Shown here: positions 39,521 through 51,359 of the stretch, one piece after another
Numbering within the stretch: position 1 is the stretch's first letter
Layout: every line of letters starts with the position of its first letter
Assembly (NCBI GenBank): GCA_963727445.1
Contig: CAVSGI010000012.1
Span: forward strand, 32,001 to 96,000
Direction of reading: 5' to 3'
DNA: 64,000 nucleotides
From: an uncultured delta proteobacterium
GTDB taxonomy: Bacteria; Myxococcota_A; Polyangia; Polyangiales; B10-G4
Notes under the pieces: generated by a model
Databases searched by the model: none
What the model saw: only the letters and a program-made list of their open reading frames with translations
Told to the model about the DNA's origin: nothing
Position numbers and translations under genes: made by a program

Positions 39521-40297
39521 ATGAGCCTGGCGTTGGCGGTGAAGCGGACGCTGAAGAAGGTGGCGAAGTGGCTCGGGGCCTTTGCGGCCGTGCTCATCCT
39601 CGCCGCGATCGTGGTGGGGTGGGTGATGTCCGAGCCGAGGCCCCGGGGTACGGAAGGGCCCGAGGCGGAGGCGCTCGCGCACGCGATGCAGCGCGCGGTG
39701 AACCAAGACGCGTGGGAGGCGACGGGGGCCGTGAAGTGGCGCTTCGCGGGAGGGCACGAGCACCTGTGGGACAGGGAGCGCGGGCTGTCGCGCGTCGCAT
39801 GGAAGGACTACGTCGTCCTGCAGCGCCTCGATCGCCGCGAGGGGGTGGCGTTCGAGCGTGGTGAGCGCGTTTCGGTCAGCCGCACGAAGGAGCTCGTCGA
39901 GGACGCGTGGGGGATGTGGTGCAACGACTCGTTCTGGCTCAATCCGGTCGCGAAGCTCTACGACGACGGTGTGACCCGGTCGATCGTGCGCCAGCACGAC
40001 GGGAGCAGCGCGCTCCTGGTCTCTTACTCGAAGGGCGGAGTCACGCCGGGCGATGCGTACCTGTGGATCCTGGGCCCGCACGACTTGCCGACCGCCTGGA
40101 AGATGTGGGTGCACATCATTCCGATAGGTGGCGTGCGGGCGAGCTGGGAAGGGTGGATCTCGCTCGCCACGGGCGCGAAGATCGCCACGCGGCACCGGAT
40201 CGGCCCCATGACGCTCGAGATCACCGAGGTGGAGGGCGCGGCGACACTCGCGGAGCTCGAGCCGGGTCCGGACCCGTTCGCGTCATTGCACCCGTGA
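39521..40297 (+). CDS. Hypothetical membrane-anchored protein
   Basis: N-terminal TM; WCNDSFWL; GGVTPGDAYLW. Confidence 0.75.
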   Translation: MSLALAVKRTLKKVAKWLGAFAAVLILAAIVVGWVMSEPRPRGTEGPEAEALAHAMQRAVNQDAWEATGAVKWRFAGGHEHLWDRERGLSRVAWKDYVVLQRLDRREGVAFERGERVSVSRTKELVEDAWGMWCNDSFWLNPVAKLYDDGVTRSIVRQHDGSSALLVSYSKGGVTPGDAYLWILGPHDLPTAWKMWVHIIPIGGVRASWEGWISLATGAKIATRHRIGPMTLEITEVEGAATLAELEPGPDPFASLHP

Positions 40298-40327
40298 CAT
40301 TCGTTTGGGCGGCGCTAGGTCTGCGAG

Positions 40328-41194
40328 ATGCGGCGCAAGGCGAAGGTCGCGCTCATCGGAGCGCTCGTCCTGTTGGGTGTGGGGACGTCGGGCGCCGCCG
40401 GGCTCTGGTGGTGGCTGCGGGTCGATGCTCTCGACTACGACACCGACGAGGCGGTCGCGCTCTTCACGCGCGTGCTTCACGGTGAGCACGACCTTCGGGA
40501 CCGCGCCATCTCCGCACTGGCCGGGGCCATCGACCACGATCCCGATGACGCGCGCGCGCAGCTGTGGTTCGGACTCGCCAACCTGGAAGCCTATCTCGCC
40601 CGGCGCGAGCTGCCCTACGCCATTCGGGCCTCTCGCGCTTTCGACCACGCCGTCGCGCTCGACCCGTCCGACACGAGCGCCGCGGGCTGGCGCGCCTTCT
40701 TCGCCTATCAAGCGGCGAAATCACGGGACGAGGATCTCGACGGCCCGCGCAGGGCGCTCTTCGCGGCCGCCGATGCCGACCCACGCTTCACGCCGTTTCT
40801 CGTCGCGGTGAGCGTTGCGGAGCTCCCGCTCGACACCGGCTACCCACGACGCGCGCTCGCCCGCCTCGAAGGGATCGAGGACTGCGGGGACGGGACCTCG
40901 TGGAGCTGCCGGCGCGGTCCACTCTTTCCCTTCGGGGCCGAGGGCTTCCACGCCACGCTCGGTGACCTTCGCGTGCGCGTCGGCGACCTCGAAGGCGGGC
41001 AGGCTGAATATGCGGAGGCGCTTTCGCAGTCCAACGCAGCGGACTGGCCATACCGCGATGCCTTCGCGCGTTGGGCCGAGGCCGCGCCCGAGCGCGCGCG
41101 CCTCCTCACCAATGACGACCTGAGCGACGATCCCGAGGTCTTCTTTGCCAGCGGCGAGCGAGCTTGTGCCGCGTGCCACCAGAGTGGGCACTGA
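40328..41194 (+). CDS. TPR-like membrane-anchored protein with C-terminal CXXCH
   Basis: N-terminal TM; TPR-like helices; terminal CAACHQ. Confidence 0.7.
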   Translation: MRRKAKVALIGALVLLGVGTSGAAGLWWWLRVDALDYDTDEAVALFTRVLHGEHDLRDRAISALAGAIDHDPDDARAQLWFGLANLEAYLARRELPYAIRASRAFDHAVALDPSDTSAAGWRAFFAYQAAKSRDEDLDGPRRALFAAADADPRFTPFLVAVSVAELPLDTGYPRRALARLEGIEDCGDGTSWSCRRGPLFPFGAEGFHATLGDLRVRVGDLEGGQAEYAEALSQSNAADWPYRDAFARWAEAAPERARLLTNDDLSDDPEVFFASGERACAACHQSGH

Positions 41195-41233
41195 CCGCAC
41201 CCGAGCACCACCACCACCGGCAGTGAAGCCTCC

Positions 41234-42283
41234 TCACTCGTTGACGACGTGCACGGTGCGTGTCGGGAACGCGAACGGTATGCCTTCTTCCTCGAAGCGG
41301 CGGTAGACCGCGAGGTTCAAGTGGTGCTGCCGCTCCATGAACTCGGTGTAGTCCGACGACTGGACGTAGTGGACGACCTCGTACTGCAGCGACGAGTCTC
41401 CGTACTCGGCGAAATGTGCGCGATCGAGACGGATGCCTTCGGCCTCGTCGACGCACTCGCGGAGGATCTCCGCTACACGTTCGACCTTGGCGTAGGGCAG
41501 GTTGTACTCGATGCCGATACGGAAGAGGACGCGGCGCTCGCTCATGCGCCGATAGTTGCGGATCCGTGACTTGGCCAGGTCACCGTTCGCAAAGACGAGC
41601 TGTTCGCCGCCCAGGCCGAGGAGCCGCGTGGACCGCAGGCCGATCGCATCGACGTTCCCCATGAAGTCGTCGATGACGATGAAGTCGCCGATGTCGAAAG
41701 GACGGTCGAAATAGATCGACAGCGACGCGAAGAGATCACCGAGGACGTTCTGCATCGCAAAGGCCGCCGCGACGCCCCCGATTCCCAGCCCCGCGACCAG
41801 TGCGCTGACTTCGATTCCCAGGTTCGAGAGGATCAACAAGAGGACGATCGCCCAGACGACCAGGCGCGTGATGAAGCCGATCGCGGCGACCATGGTTCGC
41901 CCACCTTCGGACTCGCGCGGCTCCGACTGGTAGCCGTCGACCGCGCGTTGGACCGCTCCATGGATCCAGGCGCCCACCTGCACGAAGAACGCGACGCTCG
42001 TGAAGACCACGATTCCATGATCGAGCTTCGGCGAGAGGTCGAGCAGTCGACTGCCCGCACACACCCCGAGCACCAGGTAGAAGATGCCCTTCGTCCCCTG
42101 CAGCGTCTCCACGACCAGGTCGTCGAGGTGCGTTTTCGTTTTCTCGGTGATGGAGCGGAGGCGCCGGAGAACGACGCCCTTGAAGATGCGGAGCGCCAGG
42201 ATCACTGCCACCGTCACGCCCAGCGCGATCAGCCACTTCTGAATCGAATTGCCCCAGAGCTCGAATTCCAACCAGTCACTCAT
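41234..42283 (-). CDS. mscS: Small-conductance mechanosensitive channel family protein
   Basis: LVAGLGIGGVAAAFAMQNVLGD; DRPFDIGDFI; IGLRSTR; GIPFAFPT. Confidence 0.92.
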   Translation of the reverse strand: MSDWLEFELWGNSIQKWLIALGVTVAVILALRIFKGVVLRRLRSITEKTKTHLDDLVVETLQGTKGIFYLVLGVCAGSRLLDLSPKLDHGIVVFTSVAFFVQVGAWIHGAVQRAVDGYQSEPRESEGGRTMVAAIGFITRLVVWAIVLLLILSNLGIEVSALVAGLGIGGVAAAFAMQNVLGDLFASLSIYFDRPFDIGDFIVIDDFMGNVDAIGLRSTRLLGLGGEQLVFANGDLAKSRIRNYRRMSERRVLFRIGIEYNLPYAKVERVAEILRECVDEAEGIRLDRAHFAEYGDSSLQYEVVHYVQSSDYTEFMERQHHLNLAVYRRFEEEGIPFAFPTRTVHVVNE

Positions 42284-42328
42284 TGTGAGGGGCCGATAGA
42301 GCCGAGCACATGCCCGCGCAACCCACCA

Positions 42329-43000
42329 TCATGAGGTTCCACGACGCCTCCACGCGATGAGCCCCACGAGGAACATCGCGAAGCTCGCGGGCGGGATACC
42401 CCGCTTCGGCCTGGAGATCGTGCACCCCGAGTCGTGCGAATCGGGCGGCGGCTGTGCCGGTGGCTGTGGCGTCTCGCGATCGCTTGGTGTGGGGTCGCCA
42501 CGGGCTTCGTCGGGATGCGCCGGAGCGGGTGTGGGCACGTCGTCGCCTTCGCCGGACGTCGTGGGCCCCGGGGGTGTCGTGTCGTCTCGGGCGCCCCGGC
42601 GCACGCGCCGAAGCTCCGTCTGGACGGTCATCGACTCCAACGCCCAGTGCCACTCCATGCTGTCGCCGTCGCAGTGAAACGTCACTCGCCCGGGAGGCGT
42701 GCAGCCCACGTTGTGGGTGTAGCTCTCGCCTGCCTCGCCGCCGGCATTCGTGAGCTCGCAAGCGCGAAAAGGACCGCCGCAGTCGAGCGACGCGCCGTCG
42801 TACTCGATCCCGCCGCAGCGCGCGCCGGTGTTCGAGAGCGTCATCTCGATCGTCCAGGGCGGGCCGCCACCGTTGTGGCCGACGCCGCGCCAGACGCCGA
42901 GGCATGGGTGGTCCTCGGTGGTGTTGTCGGCGCGCGCGCGGCTCGCGCTGAAGAGAGCGAGCAGGAGGGCGGCGCCGGGCGCGAGCAATGGCCGCGCCAC
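42329..43000 (-). CDS. Exported protein with MYXO-CTERM-like sorting tail
   Basis: Signal peptide ending ARA-D; C-terminal SGC..S...hydrophobic..WRRR. Confidence 0.65.
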   Translation of the reverse strand: MARPLLAPGAALLLALFSASRARADNTTEDHPCLGVWRGVGHNGGGPPWTIEMTLSNTGARCGGIEYDGASLDCGGPFRACELTNAGGEAGESYTHNVGCTPPGRVTFHCDGDSMEWHWALESMTVQTELRRVRRGARDDTTPPGPTTSGEGDDVPTPAPAHPDEARGDPTPSDRETPQPPAQPPPDSHDSGCTISRPKRGIPPASFAMFLVGLIAWRRRGTS

Positions 43001-43010
43001 AGCCTGCTGC

Positions 43011-43883
43011 TCAGCCCTTGAGGGCTTCGGCGCCGCCGATGATCTCCATCAGCTCCTTCGTGATCGCGGCCTGACGGGCGCGATTGAACTGGAGCGTCAG
43101 CTTGCCGATCATGTCCTTGGCGTTGTTGGTCGCCGCGTCCATCGCGGTCATCCGAGCGCCGTGCTCGGAGGCGACGGACTCGAGGAGCGCCCGGTAGATC
43201 TCGATCTCCACGTACATCGGGAGGAGCACGTCGAGCAGCGCCTGCTTGTCGGGCTCGTAGATGTAGTCGACGGCGGTTTCGTCCTCGTCCACGTGCATCG
43301 GCGTGATCGGGAGCAGCGGCTCCACGACCACGTCCTGGGAGATCGCGCTCTTGAATTCGTTGTAGATGACGTAGACCGCATCGAGGTCGTGGCGGCCATA
43401 GTTGTCGACGATGTAGCGGCCGATCTCGCCCGCGCGGTCCATCGACAGGTCCGAGAACACGCCGGTGAAGTCCTTCTGGATGTCCGCGGAGCGGCGGCGG
43501 AGGTAGTCGCGGCCCTTGCGGCCGATGACCGCGAAGGTGACCGTCTTGCCCTCGGCCTCGAGCTCCTTCCAGAACTTGTAGGCCGCCTTGTTGATCGAGG
43601 CGTTGAAGGCGCCCGCCAGGCCGCGGTCGCTGGTCAGGACCACGAGCATGACGTTCTTTTGCTCGCGCCGCGCCAGCAGCGGATGAACATCCTCGTCCTC
43701 GCCCGCGCGAGCAGCGACGCCGCTCAGCACGTCCATCGTCTTGATGGCGTAGGGTCGGAGGTCGAGGATGTTCTGCTGAGCGCGACGCAGCTTCGCCGCC
43801 GCGACCATCTTCATGGCGCGGGTGATCTTCTGCGTGTTCTTGACGCTTCCGATCCGCTTGCGAATGTCTTTGAGGTTGGCCAT
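43011..43883 (-). CDS. atpG: ATP synthase F1 gamma subunit
   Basis: MANLKDIRKRIGSVKNTQKITRAMKMVAAAK; SEHGARMTAM; NRARQAAITKELMEIIGGAEAL. Confidence 0.98.
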   Translation of the reverse strand: MANLKDIRKRIGSVKNTQKITRAMKMVAAAKLRRAQQNILDLRPYAIKTMDVLSGVAARAGEDEDVHPLLARREQKNVMLVVLTSDRGLAGAFNASINKAAYKFWKELEAEGKTVTFAVIGRKGRDYLRRRSADIQKDFTGVFSDLSMDRAGEIGRYIVDNYGRHDLDAVYVIYNEFKSAISQDVVVEPLLPITPMHVDEDETAVDYIYEPDKQALLDVLLPMYVEIEIYRALLESVASEHGARMTAMDAATNNAKDMIGKLTLQFNRARQAAITKELMEIIGGAEALKG

Positions 43884-43890
43884 TCGGGCC

Positions 43891-45530
<1,640 letters not shown>

Positions 45531-45604
45531 TGTCGGGGCTTTCTGTGTCGGTGGTGTTTTCGACCGGGAGGATTGAGGGGCGAACGGTGGCTCACCCCGA
45601 AGTT

Positions 45605-46144
45605 TCAGCGCTCGAGGAGCGTGTCCTGCAGCTCTGCGAGCCGAGTGCGAAGGCTTCCGTCGAGGACGCGATCACCCATGCGGGTGATGACGCCGCCGAT
45701 GATCGCCGGATCCTGCTTGCGGGTGAGGAGCACCTTCTTGCCAGTGCCACGCTCGAGCTCCTGCTGGATCTGCGTGAAGAAGCTCTCGGGCATCGCTGTC
45801 GCGGTCGTGACCTCGGCGCGCACCTGCTTCTCGATGTCCTCGGAGAGGTTGCGGAAAGCCTCCACCACGTCCGGCAAGAAGCGCATGCGCCGCCGATCGC
45901 TCAAGAGAAAGAGCGTGGTCTTCACGGTCGGGGCCAGGCCCATGCGGCTCGCGAGGTCGTCGAGGATCTTGCGGCGCACGTCGCCCGCGATCGCCGGGTT
46001 CTCGAAGGTGCTGCGCAGCTCGGCGCTGTCGTTCCACGCCTTCTCCAGATCGGCGAGGTCGTTTCCGACCTTGCTGACCTGCGACTGCTCTTGCGCCAGC
46101 TCGAGCAGGGCGCGGGCGTAGCGCTTTCCGATCGGTGCGGCCAT
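45605..46144 (-). CDS. atpH: ATP synthase delta subunit
   Basis: KRYARAL; DPAIIGGV..R.GDRVLDGSLR. Confidence 0.95.
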   Translation of the reverse strand: MAAPIGKRYARALLELAQEQSQVSKVGNDLADLEKAWNDSAELRSTFENPAIAGDVRRKILDDLASRMGLAPTVKTTLFLLSDRRRMRFLPDVVEAFRNLSEDIEKQVRAEVTTATAMPESFFTQIQQELERGTGKKVLLTRKQDPAIIGGVITRMGDRVLDGSLRTRLAELQDTLLER

Positions 46145-46794
46145 CAGGCCCCTCCCTGGACGTCGATGTCGGCGCCGAGTCGGTCGTGGAGGCGCTTGAC
46201 GTACTCCTCGGCCAGGCGCTGCTGGTCATTGGCGCTCGTCTCCTCGACGAGGACTTCCTGCGCGGCGGCGACGGCGGCGGAGACCGCTGCCTCGGTGAGC
46301 TCCTCGCGGAGCTGCTTCATCTGCTGTTCGATCACGAACTCGGCGTCCTTCCGCAGGCGCGCTGCCTTGGCCTCGGCCTCGGCGACGATCCGGTCGCGCT
46401 CCTTTTCGCCCGCCTCCGCCATCTCTTCGCGGATCTGCGCCAGCTCCTCGTCGAGCTTCTCGAGGCGCTCCGAGTACTCGGCGAACTTCTCCTCGGCCTC
46501 TTCCTTGAGCCGCGCCGCTTCCTTCAGCTCGTTCTCGATCATGCTGCGCCGTTCGGTGAAGAACTTCGTGACGGGTTTGCGCCCCATCCAGATGAAGAGC
46601 GCGAGGAGCAGGCAGAAGTTGACGAGCGCACCCTTGAAGCCGGTGGTGCCCACGGCGTCGGTGATGGACAGACCGTGCTCTTCGCCGTGCTCGGCGGTCT
46701 GACCGTGCTCGCCGTGCTCCTGAGCGAGAGCATTGGTCGCCGGAGCGACGAGGAGGGCGCCAGCGAAGAGCGCCGCGAAGACGGAACGCTTCAT
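46144..46794 (-). CDS. atpF: ATP synthase F0 b subunit (signal-like, His-rich N-terminus)
   Basis: LVNF.LL..LF...KPV..FF.ERR..I; coiled coil; operon position. Confidence 0.9.
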   Translation of the reverse strand: MKRSVFAALFAGALLVAPATNALAQEHGEHGQTAEHGEEHGLSITDAVGTTGFKGALVNFCLLLALFIWMGRKPVTKFFTERRSMIENELKEAARLKEEAEEKFAEYSERLEKLDEELAQIREEMAEAGEKERDRIVAEAEAKAARLRKDAEFVIEQQMKQLREELTEAAVSAAVAAAQEVLVEETSANDQQRLAEEYVKRLHDRLGADIDVQGGA

Positions 46795-47261
46795 CAGGAC
46801 ACCTCCCTGCCGAGGAGCTGAGTGGCGATCTGCCGCGCGAGCGCAGGCACCTGCGTCTTCATCTCGGTGCGGACCTTGTCCGCCTCCTGCTGCATCTTCT
46901 TCTCGGCGGCGGCGAGGGTCCCGGCCGTCTCGCCGCGGACCTTCTCGAGCAGCTCGCGCTCCATACGCAGGCCTTCGGCGCGGAGCTTGTCGCGCTCGTC
47001 GCCGGCCTCGCGGCGGACGCTGCGCATCTCGTCGTCGAAGCTCGCGCCCTTTTCCTTGGCCTCGCGGGTCAGCTCCCGGGCTTCGCGACGAGCGCCGTCG
47101 ATGGCCTCTTCGCGCGCGTCGAAGAGCTTCATCATCGGCTGAAACACCAGGGAGCGCAGGATGAAGAACGCGGCGAAGAAGATGACGAGCTGAATGAAGA
47201 TCGTCCCGTCGAGGTCGATGATGGAGCCGCCGGAAAGCAGCGCCGCAGAGAGGAACGTCAT
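46794..47261 (-). CDS. atpF: ATP synthase F0 b' subunit
   Basis: IDLDGTIFIQLVIFF...L.F.P....DARE; ends LLGREV. Confidence 0.9.
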   Translation of the reverse strand: MTFLSAALLSGGSIIDLDGTIFIQLVIFFAAFFILRSLVFQPMMKLFDAREEAIDGARREARELTREAKEKGASFDDEMRSVRREAGDERDKLRAEGLRMERELLEKVRGETAGTLAAAEKKMQQEADKVRTEMKTQVPALARQIATQLLGREVS

Positions 47262-47375
47262 GAAGGGGCCTACTCGCGTTTTTTGCGGCCCCCACTTTTG
47301 GAAGCCGCTTTGGGAGCTAGGGCCCTTTCCGCGGCCTTTTAACCCGCGAAAACCACCCGTCGCTCGACGCGCGCG

Positions 47376-47404
47376 TACTTAGCAGTGGCCACCGGCCCCG
47401 TCAA
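47376..47404 (-). promoter_or_regulatory. Sigma70-type promoter of the atp operon
   Basis: Minus strand TTGACG - 17 nt - TAAGTA with TG extended -10. Confidence 0.55.
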
Positions 47405-47445
47405 GGGAGGGAGAGGGGCCGATTTCGCGAACGAAATCGCGCGTT

Positions 47446-48045
47446 TCAGCTGCGCGTAACGCGCTCGCGGAACGCGGTCAGCACCCGGCGGGCGTTGCGC
47501 ACGTTCTCATCGGTGATCACGCCCGAGGGAAAGGGCATGTCGGGGTCGATCAGGAGCCGGAAACGGACCAGGGTTCGCCCCTCGTCGATGGGGGTGACTT
47601 CCCATGTGGCCGTGAAGGTGTCGATGTTGCCCGAGGTCATCGTTCCCTCGACGACCTGGGTGTCCCCGCGGTTGGGGCGCTTTCGGAGCCGCATGTTGGC
47701 CCACAGCGTGATCGTGTCGTGGAAGGCGCTGGCCTGCATGTAGACCATGGCGCTCGCGCCCCGGGCGGAGAGGATCCGCGATTGGGTGAAGTGGGGCATG
47801 AACTCGGCGTAGTTGGCGTAGTCGAGGACCACTTCCATCACATCGTCGATGGGGGCCTCGACGACGGCGATCGATTCGCCGTAGCCGACACTTCCTTCGG
47901 AATCGACCGCGCGGACGGAGACGCGGTTGCCGATGCGCGAGGCGATGGTGGCCGCGTTGTCCTGGGCTCCGGCGCTGCCCGCACCGAGTGCCGTGACAAA
48001 GATGGCCAGGACGAGGGGGCCTCCAAAGTTCGCCAGATATCGCAT
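47446..48045 (-). CDS. SRPBCC/START (cyclase/dehydrase) family protein
   Basis: VEAPIDDVMEVVLDYANYAEFMPH; WEVTP....TLV; C-terminal helix. Confidence 0.85.
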   Translation of the reverse strand: MRYLANFGGPLVLAIFVTALGAGSAGAQDNAATIASRIGNRVSVRAVDSEGSVGYGESIAVVEAPIDDVMEVVLDYANYAEFMPHFTQSRILSARGASAMVYMQASAFHDTITLWANMRLRKRPNRGDTQVVEGTMTSGNIDTFTATWEVTPIDEGRTLVRFRLLIDPDMPFPSGVITDENVRNARRVLTAFRERVTRS

Positions 48046-48272
48046 CGATTCAACTTCCTCCGCGCTGGATCAAAGATGATCCTGGGCCGCCACTTATTCA
48101 AACGGCGGGCCACCAAAAGCCTTCACGAAATCACGAGGCTTTTTGGGTTGTGTGGTCACTTTCGTTTCCACCATCCTGTGACCCTCCTGCCACACGGCGG
48201 ATATGGGTGTCACGAAAGTGAGCACCGAAGAGGCCCTGGGCAAGGGCTCGGATCTTCGGGCAAGCGCTCCAC

Positions 48273-49547
48273 ATGAGTACTCTTCGGCCGATGGGACGCT
48301 GGTTCTTCGGGGTGGGGCTGGTGTCGGTGCTCGTCGGGATCCTTCCCGCCGGCGCCGAGGCACAGTGGTCATCGGTGATCGTGGACTTCGAGGGCCGGGG
48401 ACATCGGCCGGCGCAGAACGCGGTCGCGCGCGCGGTCGGGGATCGGGTGACCCTCGAGGACGGCGCGGCCTTTGCCTCGGCCGCCCGAGCGTCGGGCGCC
48501 GACCTCACGACCGCCGAAGGGATCGCGGCCGCGGCGCAGGCGCAGCGAGTGAGCCTGGTGATCACCGGGCAGATGAGGGGACGGAGGCGGGTCGCGGTGC
48601 GCTTCTTGGACGACGAGGGGCAGGAGCTCGATTCGACAGAGGTGCCGATGCCACGAAACCAGAGCAGCCGGCAGCGCTTCAATCGCGAGGTGATGGCCGC
48701 GCTCGATCGCGTCATCGGGATCCTCGACGAGCGCGCCGCCTCCGCGCGCCAACAGGAGCTCGCCGCGGACACGAGCGAGGTGGCGCACCTCGACGAGGAG
48801 CGGCCGGAAGACGAGGACGAGGCGTCGGGGCCGGCGCGTGAGCATCCCATGATCGTCGGGCTGATCGGTCTCGACGGGCGAAGCCGCAACGCGTCGATCA
48901 ATTTGCGAAACGGGCTCCGGCGAACGTACTCGGCGTTCTTTCCTCAGCTCACCTTCGCGATTCTGGCGCGGCCCTTCGACGCGGAGAGCGGGGTGCTCTC
49001 GGGGCTCTTCGCCTCCTTCGACTTCGCCATCGCGCTCGGTCTCGGATCGAACGAAGAGCTATCGAGCGGCATGGTCGTGCCCATCGACACGACCGCGTAT
49101 CGCCTGGGTGTTCACGTGGGCTACCTCTTCGATCTCGACACCCTCGAGCTGGGCGCGAGCCTCGGCTTCGTCTACGACGCCTTCGAGCTAGGACCGAACA
49201 ACACCATGCCTACGGCGGCCTATCCCTCGCTCCGCATCGGCGGCGTGGGACGGATCCCGATCCTCGACGACGGGCTCCTCGGCGCCTTCGCCGAGGCGGG
49301 CCTCCGCATCGTCATGGGCGACGGAGAGCTCACCCCCGCCTTCGGCGCCGGCAGCGCCACCCTCGGCTTCGACGTCACCGGCGGTCTCATGGGCGCCCTC
49401 GACATCGGCCTCACCTACGCCGCCCGCATCGGCTACGTCGGCTACGCCATCGGCTTCAGCGGCGACGCCGTTGCCACCGCCGACACGGCCGCCAACGGCT
49501 TCGACGGCGGCGTGTATTTCGGCCTGCAAGCGGGCTGGCAGCTGTAG
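48273..49547 (+). CDS. Exported protein, probable C-terminal outer-membrane beta-barrel
   Basis: Signal peptide ending AEA-Q; alternating beta-strands; ends GLQAGWQL. Confidence 0.7.
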   Translation: MSTLRPMGRWFFGVGLVSVLVGILPAGAEAQWSSVIVDFEGRGHRPAQNAVARAVGDRVTLEDGAAFASAARASGADLTTAEGIAAAAQAQRVSLVITGQMRGRRRVAVRFLDDEGQELDSTEVPMPRNQSSRQRFNREVMAALDRVIGILDERAASARQQELAADTSEVAHLDEERPEDEDEASGPAREHPMIVGLIGLDGRSRNASINLRNGLRRTYSAFFPQLTFAILARPFDAESGVLSGLFASFDFAIALGLGSNEELSSGMVVPIDTTAYRLGVHVGYLFDLDTLELGASLGFVYDAFELGPNNTMPTAAYPSLRIGGVGRIPILDDGLLGAFAEAGLRIVMGDGELTPAFGAGSATLGFDVTGGLMGALDIGLTYAARIGYVGYAIGFSGDAVATADTAANGFDGGVYFGLQAGWQL

Positions 49548-49576
49548 AGGCGCCGCGCGGCTGGTGTCGCGCTGGC

Positions 49577-49911
49577 CAACGGGGACGGTCTACACTTTTC
49601 AACTTTCGCCACGCCCACCCGGGTTCGATCCGCCTGCGCGCGGACCAACGGGGACCGCCGGCCAACGGGGACGGTCTACACTTTTCAACTTTCGCCACGC
49701 CCACCCGGGTTCGATCCGCCTGCGCGCGGACTAACGGGGACGGTCTACACTTTTCAACTTTCGCCAGCCCACCCGGGTTCGATCCGCCTGCGCGCGGCCC
49801 AGCCGAAAGTTGAAAAGTGTAGACCGTCCCCATCAAGTTTCCGATGGACGAGGGGGTTCGATCCGCCTGCGCGGGGCCCAGCCGAAAGTTGAAAAGTGTA
49901 GACCGTCCCCG
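49577..49911. repeat. REP/REPIN-like cluster between convergent genes
   Basis: GGGGACGGTCTACACTTTTCAACTTTCG direct at 49581, 49667 and 49736, inverted at 49804-49831 and 49883-49910; linker GGGTTCGATCCGCCTGCGCG repeated. Confidence 0.9.
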
Positions 49912-49966
49912 TCAAGCTTCGGCCCACATCGCGCCAAATCGCCTGAGTGAGCGAAGCGAAACGAGC

Positions 49967-50509
49967 CTACCGCGCGTCCGGCTCCGCGTTTGGCTCCGCG
50001 TCCGCCTCGGGCTCGGCCTCGGCCTCCACGTCCGCCTCGGCGTCCGCGTCCGCCTCGGGCTCGGCCTCGGCCTCGGCCTCCACGTCCGCCTCGGCCTCCG
50101 GCTCCGGCTCCGGCTCCGCCTCCATCACCTCTTCCGGCGCCTCGTCGATCTCGTGGACCTCGGCTTCGGGCATGGTGCAGCGGCCCTCGAAGTGGACGCC
50201 TTTGTCGATGAAGAGCTGGGGGGCGTGGATGTCGCAAAGGACGCGGGCGGGGGCGTGGAGCTCGACCAGGTCGGTGGCCTTGACCTCCCCCCGGAGCTCG
50301 CCGCCCCGGACAATCAGCGTCCCGACCTCAATCTTCGCGTCGATGTCGGCGCCGTCGCCGAAGACGAGCATGCCTTCGCTCCATATCTCACCGCGAAATC
50401 TGCCGTCGATGCGGACCCGTCCGTCGAAGGTGAGCTTGCCTTCGAACTCGGTCCCGCGTCCGAGCAGGGCGTGGATCTCGCCGAAGCCAGTGAGGTCCTT
50501 CGGTTGCAT
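49967..50509 (-). CDS. Bactofilin (polymer-forming cytoskeletal protein) with acidic tail
   Basis: LLGRGTEFEGKLTFDGRVRIDGRFRGEI; GVHFEGRC.M; (EA)n tail. Confidence 0.9.
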   Translation of the reverse strand: MQPKDLTGFGEIHALLGRGTEFEGKLTFDGRVRIDGRFRGEIWSEGMLVFGDGADIDAKIEVGTLIVRGGELRGEVKATDLVELHAPARVLCDIHAPQLFIDKGVHFEGRCTMPEAEVHEIDEAPEEVMEAEPEPEPEAEADVEAEAEAEPEADADAEADVEAEAEPEADAEPNAEPDAR

Positions 50510-50537
50510 CGTTCCGTGGGGGATAGAGAATGCGGGC

Positions 50538-51359
50538 GTGCGGGACAAGCAGAAAGCTTCCGAGCCGCCCAGGGCCGACACCGTCGAGCGCTGGGCCTGG
50601 GATTACGTGCAGGCACGGGATCTCGGCCACAAGCTCGCGCCCCCGCCGCCGCCTCGGAGGTGGGAAGAGGGCCCGCGGGCTCGCCGCATCAGGGCCCCTG
50701 GCAGGCCAGCCGAGCTGACGGTCGTGAGCTCGGGGGTGCGCGCCCGCCGCGGCGGCCTCAGGGGGACGAAGGCGCGCGCGCGTCTGGTCCACGCGTTCAT
50801 GCACCACGAGCTCCAGGCGGCGGAGCTCATGTGCTGGGCGCTCCTCGCCTTCCCGGACGCCCCGGCACCGTTTCGTGAAGGCCTGTTGCGCATCGCCCTC
50901 GACGAGGTCCGGCACATGGGGCTCTACGCCGAGCACCTCGAGGCGCTCGGTCATGGCTTCGGCGACTTCGAGGTGCGGGACTGGTTCTGGGAGCGGGTGC
51001 CGCGTGTCTCGACCCCGGCCGCCTTCGTCGCCGTCCTCGGCATGGGCTTCGAGGGCGGCAACCTCGACCATGCGTCGCGCTTCGCTCAGCGTTTCCGCGA
51101 CGTCGGCGATGAGCTCGGGGCGCGGGTGCAGGACACCGTGGGCCGCGAGGAGATCGGACACGTCCGCTTCGCGATGCACTGGTTCGAGCTCTTCACCGGC
51201 GCGACCGACTTCGCGACCTGGGCGTCGCACCTGCCGGCGCCGCTCTCGCCGATGGTGATGCGCGGTGAGCCGGTGCGCGCCGATCTGCGCGAGAAGGCGG
51301 GGATGAGCCCCGAGTTCGTACGGGAGATGATCGCGTGGCAGCCCGTGCGTGGGTCCTGA
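50538..51359 (+). CDS. DUF455 ferritin-like di-iron protein
   Basis: LVHAFMHHELQAAELM; DEVRH; FEGGNLD; EEIGHV. Confidence 0.85.
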   Translation: MRDKQKASEPPRADTVERWAWDYVQARDLGHKLAPPPPPRRWEEGPRARRIRAPGRPAELTVVSSGVRARRGGLRGTKARARLVHAFMHHELQAAELMCWALLAFPDAPAPFREGLLRIALDEVRHMGLYAEHLEALGHGFGDFEVRDWFWERVPRVSTPAAFVAVLGMGFEGGNLDHASRFAQRFRDVGDELGARVQDTVGREEIGHVRFAMHWFELFTGATDFATWASHLPAPLSPMVMRGEPVRADLREKAGMSPEFVREMIAWQPVRGS

